Shown here piece after piece: positions 19,092 to 27,947 of a DNA stretch of 32,000 nucleotides. This stretch comes from Geobacter metallireducens GS-15 (GTDB lineage: Bacteria; Desulfobacterota; Desulfuromonadia; Geobacterales; Geobacteraceae), in contig NC_007517.1 in assembly GCF_000012925.1 (NCBI RefSeq), positions 450,001 through 482,000 of the forward strand, read 5' to 3'. Position numbers and translations under genes: made by a program. The notes below the pieces were generated by a model that ran no database searches, was not told the origin of the DNA, and saw nothing but the letters and a program-made list of their open reading frames with translations. Each line of letters begins with the position of its first letter. Positions within the stretch are counted from its first letter, which is position 1.

Positions 19092-19871
19092 CTAATACCG
19101 GTAGCCGAACGTGCGGAAATGGCTCACGGTTCCGTTTTCTCCCGTTACCCGGTCAGACTCCGCCGAGGCGAGAAAGACCGCCAGTCGCGCCACCCGTTCG
19201 GGCGGGAGGAGCTCTTTCCGATCCTTCATGGCCGTGAAGTCGGCGAAGACATCGGGACCAAGAACCGCCGGCCCGAGGCCGCGGATATCCTCCTGCATCC
19301 GGGTGTCCATCACCGCCGGGTCGAGGCCGTTCACCTGGATGTTGTGGACCTTCAACTCCTCGGCCAGGTAGCGCGTCATGTGGATGAGCCCCGCCTTGGC
19401 GATGGCATAGGCCCCGAAGGGTGAGATGACGATTTCGCCCAGCCCCGAGATGACGTTGATGATTTTCCCCCGCTTCTGGCGGATCATGTGGGGGATGACC
19501 TCCCGGGCAAAGAGCCAGGGGCCGGTCAGGTTGACGGCCATGGCGTACGCCCACTCCTCCGGGGCCAGCTGATGGAGGGCGCGGACCGGGCCGATGACTG
19601 CCGCATTGTTCATGAGGATGTCGACCGATTCGAACGTCTCGACCGCGGTCCCTACCACCCGCCGGACGTCCGCGGGGTTCGCCACGTCACCCTCCTGGAT
19701 CACCACCGTTCCCCCCGCTTCCATGACGAGCGTCGCGGTCTCCTCCAGTTCCTTGGGGGTTCTGCTCAAGATCACCAGATCAGCCCCCTCACGCGCCAGC
19801 GCCATGGCGGAAGCGCGGCCGAGACCTCGGCCGGCGCCGGTTACGATCGCTGTCTTTCCCTTGAGACTCAT
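19092..19871 (-). CDS. short-chain dehydrogenase/reductase (SDR) family oxidoreductase
   Basis: TGAGRGLG cofactor motif, NNAA, and the catalytic Y..AK motif (YAIAKAG). ATG 19871 (MSLKGKTAIVTGAG) has a GGGAGGTG RBS. The ORF-track start 19946 adds an unsupported 25-aa extension. Confidence 0.88.
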   Translation of the reverse strand: MSLKGKTAIVTGAGRGLGRASAMALAREGADLVILSRTPKELEETATLVMEAGGTVVIQEGDVANPADVRRVVGTAVETFESVDILMNNAAVIGPVRALHQLAPEEWAYAMAVNLTGPWLFAREVIPHMIRQKRGKIINVISGLGEIVISPFGAYAIAKAGLIHMTRYLAEELKVHNIQVNGLDPAVMDTRMQEDIRGLGPAVLGPDVFADFTAMKDRKELLPPERVARLAVFLASAESDRVTGENGTVSHFRTFGYRY

Positions 19872-20122
19872 CGCCACCTCCCTGCAGCCGTGACCGACAG
19901 CGGATCGCTTCCGGTCGTTTTTTACCATTTTACCCGATTTCGCCAATAATTCCCGGGCGCACAGAGGAATGAAGTTCCTGAAAGGTTGGCAAGGCCTGTA
20001 GCTGCACCACTTCCTGTATTTTGCTCAGTAAGTGCTGGACAGTTGACTTTCACCCCCTGTTGAGTGAATAAAGTGGAGAACAATTGACTCTGCACTAAAA
20101 CTAATGGTTAAGGAACCTCCCC

Positions 20123-21004
20123 ATGCCTACCTACATCGAACCCGTCTTCCGCCCACCCAGCGAGGCCCGCAGCCTGATCTTCCAGATCACCATCGGCTGC
20201 TCCCAGAACCACTGCGCCTACTGCGGCATGTACAAGATGAAGCGCTTTGCTCTGAAGCCGGTGGAGGAGGTTTTCGCCGAGATCGACGGCATCCCGGGCC
20301 GGTACCGTCTCCATGTGGATAGGGTCTTTTTGGCCGACGGCGATGCCCTGGTTTACCCCTTCGAGGGGCTCTGCGCCATCCTCGACCGGCTCGCCGCCAC
20401 GTTCCCGAACCTCACGCGGGTCGGCTCCTACGCCTCGCCCAACAGTCTCACCACCAAGAGTGTGGATGAGTTGCGGATGCTACGGGAGAAGCGGTTGCGG
20501 ATCGTCTACTTCGGGCTGGAGTCGGGGGATGACGCGACGCTTGCGGCGGTGAACAAGGGATTTACGGCGGAGAAGATGGCGCAGGAGGCCCTAAAGGCCC
20601 GGGAAGCGGGGATGAAGCTGTCGGTTACTGCCATCCTGGGGGTGGCGGGCCGGGGGCGGAGTCTCGATCATGCGCGGGGCACGGCCGCCTGGGTGAACCG
20701 GGTGAATCCCGAGTTCTTCTCGCTCCTCACCCTTTTCCGCCGCCACAACGAGGAGTTCGTCGACACCCTGGACCAGTGCACCCGCCGGGAGCTGCTGGCC
20801 GAGGCGAAGGAGCTGCTGGCGCACCTCTCCCCCCAGCGAACCATTCTCCGTTCCAACCACGTCTCCAATTTCCTGGAGCTGGCCGGGAGCTATCCCAAGG
20901 ACCGGGAGCGGCTCATCGCTTCCGTTGAGGAAGCGGTTGCCCATCTTGAGGGGATTCCGGGATATCTGGACGAGGTGCCGGAGTATGGGGAGGAGTATTA
21001 CTGA
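20123..21004 (+). CDS. radical SAM-like protein, uncharacterised subfamily, with cysteine spacing C-x4-C-x2-C
   Basis: ITIGCSQNHCAYCGMY near the N-terminus, and a GLESGDD (GGE-like) SAM-binding motif. AAGGAA RBS 8 nt upstream. Confidence 0.78.
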   Translation: MPTYIEPVFRPPSEARSLIFQITIGCSQNHCAYCGMYKMKRFALKPVEEVFAEIDGIPGRYRLHVDRVFLADGDALVYPFEGLCAILDRLAATFPNLTRVGSYASPNSLTTKSVDELRMLREKRLRIVYFGLESGDDATLAAVNKGFTAEKMAQEALKAREAGMKLSVTAILGVAGRGRSLDHARGTAAWVNRVNPEFFSLLTLFRRHNEEFVDTLDQCTRRELLAEAKELLAHLSPQRTILRSNHVSNFLELAGSYPKDRERLIASVEEAVAHLEGIPGYLDEVPEYGEEYY

Positions 21005-21030
21005 GGCAAGGGGTCAGGCGATTCTTATTC

Positions 21031-21058
21031 TTGCGATACCTATCGGCTTCGGTATAAT
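21031..21058 (+). promoter_or_regulatory. Sigma70-type promoter candidate for the MNT/HEPN pair
   Basis: TTGCGA (21031-21036), a 16-nt spacer, then a perfect TATAAT (21053-21058), 38 nt upstream of ATG 21097. Confidence 0.5.
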
Positions 21059-21096
21059 CACAGCGTTCCAACATCCATAGGTAGTGGGATTTCTTT

Positions 21097-21366
21097 ATGG
21101 CGATACGGCAGGAACAGTACGAAAAAATCAAGGAACTGGCTCAGTCGTACGGTGCCACGCGCATTATCCTTTTCCGCAGTGCTGTCGACAACCCAGAAGC
21201 TGCCCGGGATATCGATATCGCCTGCGACGGGGTGCGAGGCTGGAAGCTGTATGAGCTTGCAGCCCGCCTTGAAGAGGAACTCCACACGCCGTTTGATGTC
21301 GTACCGTTGACCCCCCCGACGCGGTTTACCGAGCTCGTTGAGAAAAGAGGGCGTGTACTGCTGTGA
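21097..21366 (+). CDS. MNT-type minimal nucleotidyltransferase (antitoxin of an MNT/HEPN module)
   Basis: 89 aa. It carries the LF.S....-x-DIDI pattern (ILFRSAVDNPEAARDIDIA), with R where the usual G of the GS motif sits. Its stop overlaps the next start (GTGA). Confidence 0.72.
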   Translation: MAIRQEQYEKIKELAQSYGATRIILFRSAVDNPEAARDIDIACDGVRGWKLYELAARLEEELHTPFDVVPLTPPTRFTELVEKRGRVLL

Positions 21367-21769
21367 CTGCCGATGAACTGCGGGGAGAGATCAGTATAGG
21401 GCTGGAAGGGAGCCTACTGTTCGTGAGAAGACAGCCGCCGCAGCTTTTCTTGCCCAGTTTTATGGAGGGGTCGAGAACATACTCAAGCGCATCAGCAGAT
21501 TCCACGGGATGGAGTTGCCCTCAGGCGCCACCTGGCACTCTGAATTGTTCAGGCGGTTTTGTTCTCCTTCGCTAATTCCCTTGCCGGTTCTTTTCGACGA
21601 CGCACAGGCGCTGGCACTGGCTCCCTATCGCAAGTTCAGGCATTTTGTGTATCACAGTTACGGATTTCAGGCTGACTGGGAGCGGATGGCCGAAGGCATC
21701 GACAATCTCGGTGGTGCGCTTGGTGCCTTCAAGTCTCGCCTGGATCTCTATCTGAACACCCTCTCATAA
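21363..21769 (+). pseudogene. HEPN (HepT-like) ribonuclease toxin gene interrupted by a frameshift near 21400-21425
   Basis: The N-terminus (VTADELRGEISIGLEG) is in the frame coupled to the MNT stop. The conserved body (AAAAFLAQFYGGVENILKRI..., LPSGATWHSELF, and the R-x4-H motif in FRHFVYHSYG) lies in a different frame that is open only from 21377. That frame has no start codon before ATG 21509. Confidence 0.6.
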
Positions 21770-21950
21770 TCCTGCCGGCAGCGTGATTCTCCTCCGTCCT
21801 CCGTCAAAACCTTGACCGATACATTTCAAAATGCCGTACTTATGACCTGCTATGTCTCTTATCGGCATGGCTGCGCAATTCTTTAGGCCTTTCCCGCCCG
21901 CCACGGACAATACGTTCTCCACGTTTTTCCCCTCATCTCCTTTTTCCATC

Positions 21951-21966
21951 TGGCACAACGGTTGCA
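21951..21966 (+). promoter_or_regulatory. Sigma54 (RpoN) -24/-12 promoter upstream of flhA
   Basis: TGGCAC-AACGG-TTGCA is a perfect match to TGGCAC-N5-TTGCW, 53 nt upstream of the flhA ATG. Confidence 0.72.
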
Positions 21967-22018
21967 GAATTATGGGTGCGCCCGAAAAGGGCTTGAATTT
22001 TCAAGGAGATTTTACCCT

Positions 22019-24103
22019 ATGGCACACCCGGCGGCCGGAGTTGTGGATCTTCAGCCAGCAAAAAGCAACTCGGACATCTACATGGCCGTGGCGCTCATCG
22101 GCGTCCTGGCCCTCATGATCGTGCCGCTGCCGGCGATCCTGCTCGATATCTTTCTCGCCGCCAACATCACCATCGCCCTGGCGATCCTCCTGGTGGCCCT
22201 CTACACCCAGCAGCCCCTGGATTTCTCCGTCTTCCCGTCGGTACTCCTCGTCACTACCCTCTACCGCCTCGCCCTGAACGTTGCCGGTACGCGGCTCATC
22301 CTCCTCCACGGCAACGAGGGGACCGACGCGGCCGGGCACGTGATCAAGGCCTTCGGCCAGTTCGTGGTGGGCGGAAACTTCGTGGTGGGGGCGGTCATCT
22401 TCCTGATCCTCGTCATCATCAACTTCACGGTCATCACCAAGGGCGCCGGCCGGGTGGCCGAGGTGGCGGCCCGCTTCACCCTGGACGCCATGCCCGGCAA
22501 GCAGATGGCCATCGACGCCGACCTCTCCTCGGGACTCATCAACGAGAAGGAGGCCCGCCGCCGCCGGTCGCGGGTATCGCGGGAGGCCGACTTCTACGGC
22601 TCCATGGACGGTGCCAGCAAGTTCGTGCGGGGGGACGCCATCGCCGGCATCCTCATCATGCTGGTGAACATCATCGGCGGGTTTGTCATCGGCGTCTGGC
22701 AGAACGGGATGCCCCTCGAAACGGCCCTGTCAAATTATACGCTCCTGACCATCGGTGAGGGGCTCGTGGCCCAGATCCCGGCCCTCATCATCTCCACCGC
22801 CGCCGGCATCATCGTGACCCGCTCGGCCGACGAGAAGAATTTCGGCCACGAAATCACCGGTCAGTTCCTCAACTATCCCAAGGCCTTCTACGTCTCCTCT
22901 GGGGTCCTCTTCGCCTTCGGCCTCATTCCGGGGCTTCCCCACTTCGCCTTCTTCCTCCTCTCGGGACTGGCCTACATGGGGGGGCGCATGGCCAAGGAGG
23001 CTCCCCAGGTGATGGAGGAGGAACTGGCGGCCCTTCCTGCCGCAGCCGAGGCTGGAGAGGGAGAGCAGGCGGCTATCCGCCCTCTGGACATGCTGGAGCT
23101 TGAGGTGGGATACGGGCTGGTTCCCATGGTGGATGCGGCCCAGGAGGGTGAACTCCTGGAACGGATCCGCTCCATCCGCCGCCAGTACGCCCAGAAGATG
23201 GGGTTTGTGGTGCCGCCGATCCATATCCACGACAACCTGCAGCTGAAGCCCCACGAGTACAACGTCCTCATCAAGGGGGCCAAGGTGGGTGGTGGCGAGC
23301 TGGCCGGCCAGTACCTGGCCATGGATTCCGGCGCCGTTGCCGCCCAGGTGGAAGGGGTGCGGACCACGGAGCCGGTCTTTGGCCTGCCGGCCATCTGGAT
23401 CAGGCCCGAGGTGAAGGAGCAGGCCCAACTCTACGGCTACACCGTGGTGGACAGCACCACGATCATCGCCACCCATATCAGCGAGATCATCAAGAAACAT
23501 GCCCACGAGATGGTGGGGCGCCAGGAGCTCCAGCAGCTCCTGGACAACCTCTCCTCCAGCTTCCCCAAGGTGGTGGACGAACTGGTGCCGAACCTCCTCA
23601 ACCTGGGAACGGTGCTCCGGGTCATCAAGAACCTCCTTCGCGAGGGAGTCTCCATCCGGGATCTGCGGACGATCCTGGAGACCCTGGCCGACTACGGCGG
23701 GCTCACCAAGGACCCGGAGATGCTCACCGAGTTCACCCGCCAGGCCCTGGGGCGCTACATCGTCGACCAGTACAAGCGGGACGACGAGACCCTCTGCATC
23801 ATCAGTCTCGACCGCCGGGTGGAGGAGGTCGTGGCCGAAGGAATTCAGCCGTCGGAGCAGGGGAGCTACCTGGCCATCGAGCCGAACACGGCCCAGGTGA
23901 TCCTCTCCGGCATCCGGCAGGAGATCGAGAAGTTCAACCAGGCGGGGACCAACCCGACGCTTCTGGCGTCACCGTCCATCCGGCGGCACGTGAAGAAGCT
24001 CACCGAGCGGTTCGTCCCGAACCTGGCGGTGCTGTCGCACAACGAGATCCCGTCAAACGTCAAAATCCAATCGTTAGGGGTGGTGACGCTCAATGCTGGT
24101 TAA
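22019..24103 (+). CDS. flhA: flagellar type III export apparatus protein FlhA
   Basis: Conserved FlhA TM region and FHIPEP motifs (RFTLDAMPGKQMAIDADL, FYGSMDGASKFVRGDA), and the C-terminal cytoplasmic domain. ATG 22019 has an AAGGAG RBS. The ORF-track TTG 21962 overlaps the sigma54 promoter. Confidence 0.95.
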   Translation: MAHPAAGVVDLQPAKSNSDIYMAVALIGVLALMIVPLPAILLDIFLAANITIALAILLVALYTQQPLDFSVFPSVLLVTTLYRLALNVAGTRLILLHGNEGTDAAGHVIKAFGQFVVGGNFVVGAVIFLILVIINFTVITKGAGRVAEVAARFTLDAMPGKQMAIDADLSSGLINEKEARRRRSRVSREADFYGSMDGASKFVRGDAIAGILIMLVNIIGGFVIGVWQNGMPLETALSNYTLLTIGEGLVAQIPALIISTAAGIIVTRSADEKNFGHEITGQFLNYPKAFYVSSGVLFAFGLIPGLPHFAFFLLSGLAYMGGRMAKEAPQVMEEELAALPAAAEAGEGEQAAIRPLDMLELEVGYGLVPMVDAAQEGELLERIRSIRRQYAQKMGFVVPPIHIHDNLQLKPHEYNVLIKGAKVGGGELAGQYLAMDSGAVAAQVEGVRTTEPVFGLPAIWIRPEVKEQAQLYGYTVVDSTTIIATHISEIIKKHAHEMVGRQELQQLLDNLSSSFPKVVDELVPNLLNLGTVLRVIKNLLREGVSIRDLRTILETLADYGGLTKDPEMLTEFTRQALGRYIVDQYKRDDETLCIISLDRRVEEVVAEGIQPSEQGSYLAIEPNTAQVILSGIRQEIEKFNQAGTNPTLLASPSIRRHVKKLTERFVPNLAVLSHNEIPSNVKIQSLGVVTLNAG

Positions 24104-25451
24104 AACATTCGAAGCAGTGGACATGTCGGAGGCCCTCCGGAAGGTCAAGGCAGAGCTTGGCCCGGACGCCATGATCATCTCCTCGAAGAAGGAGAAGCGG
24201 GGGGGGATCCTCGGGTTTTTCTCCAAAGAGGTGGTGCAGGTGACCGCCGGCATCGAGATGAAGCCCCGGCAGCCGGCACCGAGCCAGAATCCCTACCGGG
24301 AGGCCCAGGAGGAGACCCTCTCCGCCAAGGAGATGATGGAGAACTCCATGCTGGGACCCCTGGCCCGGGAGCTGAAGGATCTGCGGGAGCGGGTCGAGGT
24401 CCTCACCCGCAAGGAAACGGCCGCAAAGGCCCAGGCAGCGTCCCAGGTCTTGCCCGCCGCTCCTGTGGTGGAGAAGGTCGTTCCGTCACCCCCCGCCGAC
24501 TCCGTGCCCAAGACGATCCAGAAGCAGGACCTGGAGGAGATGAAGAAGCTCCTCTTCAAGACCCTGGCTGCCAAGGAGGCCGGCGAGGGGGTAACCCCCG
24601 CCGAGAAGGCTGAAGTCCTTGCGAAGCCTGCGGCGGCTCCGGCCGACGGCGGCAAGGGGGGCTTCAAGGGGACACTCCGGGTGATCATGAGCGAGCTGCA
24701 CCGCAAAGGGCTGGAGCGGGGTTCGGTGCGGGCGGTCATGGAGCAGGTGGAGCCCGAGGCCAAGAAGGGGGGGACCGTGGAGGCGCTCCGCTCATTCCTT
24801 CCCAATGCCTTCACCTCCGTCATCAAATGTGCCGGTCCCGTGGCCTTCAAGAAGAACAGCCCGCGGATCGTGGCCCTGGTGGGGCCTACGGGGGTCGGCA
24901 AGACCACCACCATTGCCAAGCTGGCGGCCCACTACGCCCTACGGGAGAATCACCGGGCCGCCCTCATCACTATCGACAATTTTCGGGTCGGCGCGGTAGA
25001 GCAGCTCAAGACCTACTCACGCATCATGGGGGTTCCCGTGGAGGTGGCATCGACGCCTGCCGAACTGGAGGCGGCCATCGAGCTCCACTCCGACAAGGAG
25101 CTGATCCTCATCGATACGGCCGGCAGAAGCCACAAGGATAACGAGAAGATCGAGGAGCTGAAGGGATTCCTGGAGTCGCGGTTCGCCATCGAGATTCACC
25201 TCTGTCTCGCGGCCACCACCCGTGACCGGGAGATCCTGGAGGTGGTGGAGCGGTTCGGCGTCCTCCCCATCTCCCGCGTCATCTTCACCAAGCTGGACGA
25301 GAGCGAGAGCTACGGCACCATCGTCAACGCCCACCTCCGGACAAAGTTCCCGCTCTCTTACTTCACCACCGGGCAACGGGTGCCCGAGGATCTTGAAATA
25401 GCAACGCCCGGCAGGGTAGCCGGGCTTGTCCTGGGGGAGATCAAGGAATGA
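24093..25451 (+). CDS. flhF: flagellar biosynthesis SRP-type GTPase FlhF
   Basis: G1 motif [18 protein letters not shown]3 motif DTAGRS, G4 motif TKLDE. The start overlaps the flhA 3' end by 11 nt. Confidence 0.92.
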   Translation: MLVKTFEAVDMSEALRKVKAELGPDAMIISSKKEKRGGILGFFSKEVVQVTAGIEMKPRQPAPSQNPYREAQEETLSAKEMMENSMLGPLARELKDLRERVEVLTRKETAAKAQAASQVLPAAPVVEKVVPSPPADSVPKTIQKQDLEEMKKLLFKTLAAKEAGEGVTPAEKAEVLAKPAAAPADGGKGGFKGTLRVIMSELHRKGLERGSVRAVMEQVEPEAKKGGTVEALRSFLPNAFTSVIKCAGPVAFKKNSPRIVALVGPTGVGKTTTIAKLAAHYALRENHRAALITIDNFRVGAVEQLKTYSRIMGVPVEVASTPAELEAAIELHSDKELILIDTAGRSHKDNEKIEELKGFLESRFAIEIHLCLAATTRDREILEVVERFGVLPISRVIFTKLDESESYGTIVNAHLRTKFPLSYFTTGQRVPEDLEIATPGRVAGLVLGEIKE

Positions 25452-26383
25452 ACGTCACGGCGACCACGGGAGATCAGGCAGACAGCCTCCGGCAGTTGGC
25501 CACCTCCGTAAACAAGAAGCGCAAGGCCTCGGCGGCCCGTGCCCTTGAAGGGCAGAGCCTGAAGGGAATCAGGGTCATCTCCGTGACCAGCGGCAAGGGG
25601 GGAGTCGGCAAGAGCAATGTCGTCGTCAACCTGGCCCTGGCCCTGGCCGGCAAGGGGAAGAAGGTCCTGGTCATCGACGCGGATCTGGGGCTCGGCAATA
25701 TCGATGTCCTCCTGGGGCTGACTCCCGACTACACCCTGAACGACGTCTTTGCCGGCAGAAAGCGGCTTGAGGAGATTATTATCGAGGGGCCGGGGGGCAT
25801 CCGGATCATCCCGGCCGGGTCGGGGCTCCCCGACTTCACCTCCCTGGGGCTCCAGGAGCGCGTCAAAATCATGGACGAACTCGACGCCCTGGAAGAAGAT
25901 TTCGACATCCTCATCGTCGACACCGGGGCGGGGATTTCCGAGAACGTGGCCTACTTCAACACTGCCTCCCAGGAGATCGTGGTGGTGGTGACGCCGGAGC
26001 CCACCTCCATCACCGACGTCTACGCCCTCATCAAGCTTCTGGCCACGCGGCATTCCGAGCGCTACTTCAAGGTGCTCGTCAACATGGCCCGGGACACCGA
26101 CGACGCTCTCCAGGTCTTCGCCAAGCTCTCCAACGTGACGAGCAGGTTTCTTGACATCTCCCTGGACTATCTGGGGTGCGTCCTGCGGGACGACGCCATC
26201 CTCGAGGCGGTCAAGAGCCAGAAACCGGTCATCGAACTCTTGCCCGACTCCCCCGCCGCCGGCTGCTTCGCCACCCTGGCCCGGCGGATCCTGGAAAACG
26301 GCGGCGAGCACCGGCTCAAGGGCAACGTGCAGTTCTTCTTCAGGAGATTCCTCAGCGCCGACGCCGAAATGGAGAACGTATGA
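25448..26383 (+). CDS. flhG: MinD/ParA-type ATPase FlhG (FleN), regulator of flagellar number
   Basis: Deviant Walker [11 protein letters not shown], Walker [10 protein letters not shown], and a C-terminal amphipathic FFFRRFL tail. ATGA overlap with flhF. Confidence 0.9.
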   Translation: MNVTATTGDQADSLRQLATSVNKKRKASAARALEGQSLKGIRVISVTSGKGGVGKSNVVVNLALALAGKGKKVLVIDADLGLGNIDVLLGLTPDYTLNDVFAGRKRLEEIIIEGPGGIRIIPAGSGLPDFTSLGLQERVKIMDELDALEEDFDILIVDTGAGISENVAYFNTASQEIVVVVTPEPTSITDVYALIKLLATRHSERYFKVLVNMARDTDDALQVFAKLSNVTSRFLDISLDYLGCVLRDDAILEAVKSQKPVIELLPDSPAAGCFATLARRILENGGEHRLKGNVQFFFRRFLSADAEMENV

Positions 26384-27132
26384 ACTGTCTGGTAAAGGCA
26401 TACGAGCAGGAGGCTCAGCGTTCGTCGGCCCAGTCCCGCGACGAGCTGATCGTTACCCATCTCCCCCTGGTGAAATTTCTGGTGGGACGGATCGCGACCC
26501 AGTTACCCCCCCACCTGGACCAGGATGATCTCATGAGCGCCGCCGTTATCGGTCTCATCACCGCCGCCGAGCGGTTCGACCCATCCCGGGGGGTGCAGTT
26601 CAAGACCTTTGCCGAACAGCGGATCAGGGGGACCATCATCGACGAGCTCCGTTCCCAGGACTGGCTCACCCGGTCCCTGCGGGACAAGTTCAAGAAGCTG
26701 GAGCGGGAGTTCGTGATGCTGGAGCACCGGCTCGGCCGCAACCCAACCAGCGAAGAGGTGGCCAAGTCCCTGGAAATCAGCGTGGACGACTACCACCACA
26801 TGCTGGAGGAGATTCACCTCCTCTCCTTCGTTAGTCTCGACGAGTCGTGGGAGGACGAGGACGGCAGCCCCTTCGGGCTTCTGGATATCCTGGAGGATAA
26901 GGGGGTCGAGAATCCCCAGAGCCAGCTCATGGCCCGGCAGATGCTCGATACGCTCACCGAGGCCATCGAGGGACTCCCCGAGAAAGAGCGGCTCGTGATC
27001 ACCTTCTACTACTACGAGGAACTGAACCTGAAGGAGATCGGCGCGGTGCTTGATCTCTCCGAGTCGCGCATCTCCCAGCTCCACAGCCAGGCCATCGTCC
27101 GTCTGCGGGCGAAGATGAAGAACATGAGGTGA
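26380..27132 (+). CDS. fliA: flagellar RNA polymerase sigma factor FliA (sigma28)
   Basis: Region 2 ([43 protein letters not shown]) and region 4 HTH ([29 protein letters not shown]). ATGA overlap with the flhG stop. The ORF-track start 26176 lies inside flhG. Confidence 0.92.
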   Translation: MNCLVKAYEQEAQRSSAQSRDELIVTHLPLVKFLVGRIATQLPPHLDQDDLMSAAVIGLITAAERFDPSRGVQFKTFAEQRIRGTIIDELRSQDWLTRSLRDKFKKLEREFVMLEHRLGRNPTSEEVAKSLEISVDDYHHMLEEIHLLSFVSLDESWEDEDGSPFGLLDILEDKGVENPQSQLMARQMLDTLTEAIEGLPEKERLVITFYYYEELNLKEIGAVLDLSESRISQLHSQAIVRLRAKMKNMR

Positions 27133-27136
27133 ATCC

Positions 27137-27865
27137 ATGAACAGCGGTATCTATTCGGCACTCACGGGGAACGTCGCGGCCATGAAACGGCTCGATGTGC
27201 TGTCCAACAACCTGGCCAACGTCAACACCCCTGGTTTCAAGAAGGACCGGATGACCTTCGAGAGCATGCTCCAGACGGTGGGAGCCCAGCCCCGTCCCGG
27301 CGGCGGCACCGATGCACCGGTATTCGCGGAGACCACCTTCTTCACCGACTACTCCCCCGGCTCCGTGAAGCAGACCGGCAACCCCTTCGATCTGGCCATA
27401 GACGGTGACGGCTTCTTCGCCGTCACTACAGCCGACGGGCAGCGGGCCTACACCCGGCAGGGGAATTTCCGCCTCGATTCGACCGGCCGGCTCGTGACCG
27501 CTGACGGCGCCCAGGTGGCCGGCGGCGTCGTTATTGCTGGGGGAAAGGTGGACATCAACGGCAAGGGGGAGGTCTTGGTGGACGGGAGCCAGGTGGGGCG
27601 GCTGGAGGTGGTCGATTTTCCCAAGCCCTATGCCCTCCAGAAGCTCGGCGGCGGGCTCTTCGTGCCGGCCGACCCCCAGGCCACGCCCAATCCGGTGACC
27701 GGTGAGAAGGTGATGCAGGGGGCCATCGAGGAGTCCAACGTGAACACCGTCCAGGAGATGGTGCAGCTCATCGAGACGAACCGCTACTTCGAGATGTGCT
27801 CCAAGGTGGTCAAGGCCTACGACGACCTGACCGGCAAGGCGGCTAACGAAATCGGGAAGATCTAG
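27137..27865 (+). CDS. flgF: flagellar basal-body rod protein FlgF
   Basis: Rod-protein N-terminus ([19 protein letters not shown]) and C-terminus (VMQGAIEESNVNTVQEMVQLIETNRYFE). 242 aa, directly upstream of flgG. Confidence 0.85.
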   Translation: MNSGIYSALTGNVAAMKRLDVLSNNLANVNTPGFKKDRMTFESMLQTVGAQPRPGGGTDAPVFAETTFFTDYSPGSVKQTGNPFDLAIDGDGFFAVTTADGQRAYTRQGNFRLDSTGRLVTADGAQVAGGVVIAGGKVDINGKGEVLVDGSQVGRLEVVDFPKPYALQKLGGGLFVPADPQATPNPVTGEKVMQGAIEESNVNTVQEMVQLIETNRYFEMCSKVVKAYDDLTGKAANEIGKI

Positions 27866-27886
27866 GGACCCGGGACCGGGGACCGG
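27865..27886 (+). repeat. Heptamer array GGGACCC GGGACCG GGGACCG G in the flgF-flgG gap
   Basis: Read directly. The first G is the last base of the flgF TAG. An 8-bp stem-loop GGGCGGAC-TGC-GTCCGCCC follows at 27897-27915. Confidence 0.9.
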
Positions 27887-27947
27887 TAATTCGTAGGGGC
27901 GGACTGCGTCCGCCCAGGGCGCACGGAAACAATACAAGGAGAAAAAC

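Noticed and set aside
21533-21548. TGGCAC-TCTGA-ATTGT, a sigma54-like motif inside the HEPN gene
   Set aside because: The -12 element lacks the GC dinucleotide at the required spacing. The motif lies within coding sequence with no downstream gene start to serve.
21804-21822. ACCGATAC as a possible sigma28 -10 box upstream of flhA
   Set aside because: The sequence at the required -35 position (21796-21803, GTCCTCCG) bears no resemblance to TAAAGTTT.
21764-21958. 64-aa ORF on the - strand in the region upstream of flhA
   Set aside because: There is no RBS and no recognisable motif, and it overlaps the sigma54 promoter region. It is most likely non-coding leader or UAS DNA.
21005-21960. The MNT/HEPN islet as a defined mobile element
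   Set aside because: The lower GC suggests foreign origin. However, I could not find flanking direct or inverted repeats, an integrase, or a tRNA target, so no mobile-element call is justified.
26176-26379. Long N-terminal extension of the fliA ORF (ORF-track start 26176). Analogous extensions occur for murF (605), shc (17548), the SDR (19946), flhA (21962) and flgH (29494).
   Set aside because: The extensions overlap the preceding gene, a promoter or a repeat array, and have Arg/Pro-rich or repeat-derived sequence. Each is superseded by an internal start with an RBS or stop-start coupling and a homologous N-terminus.
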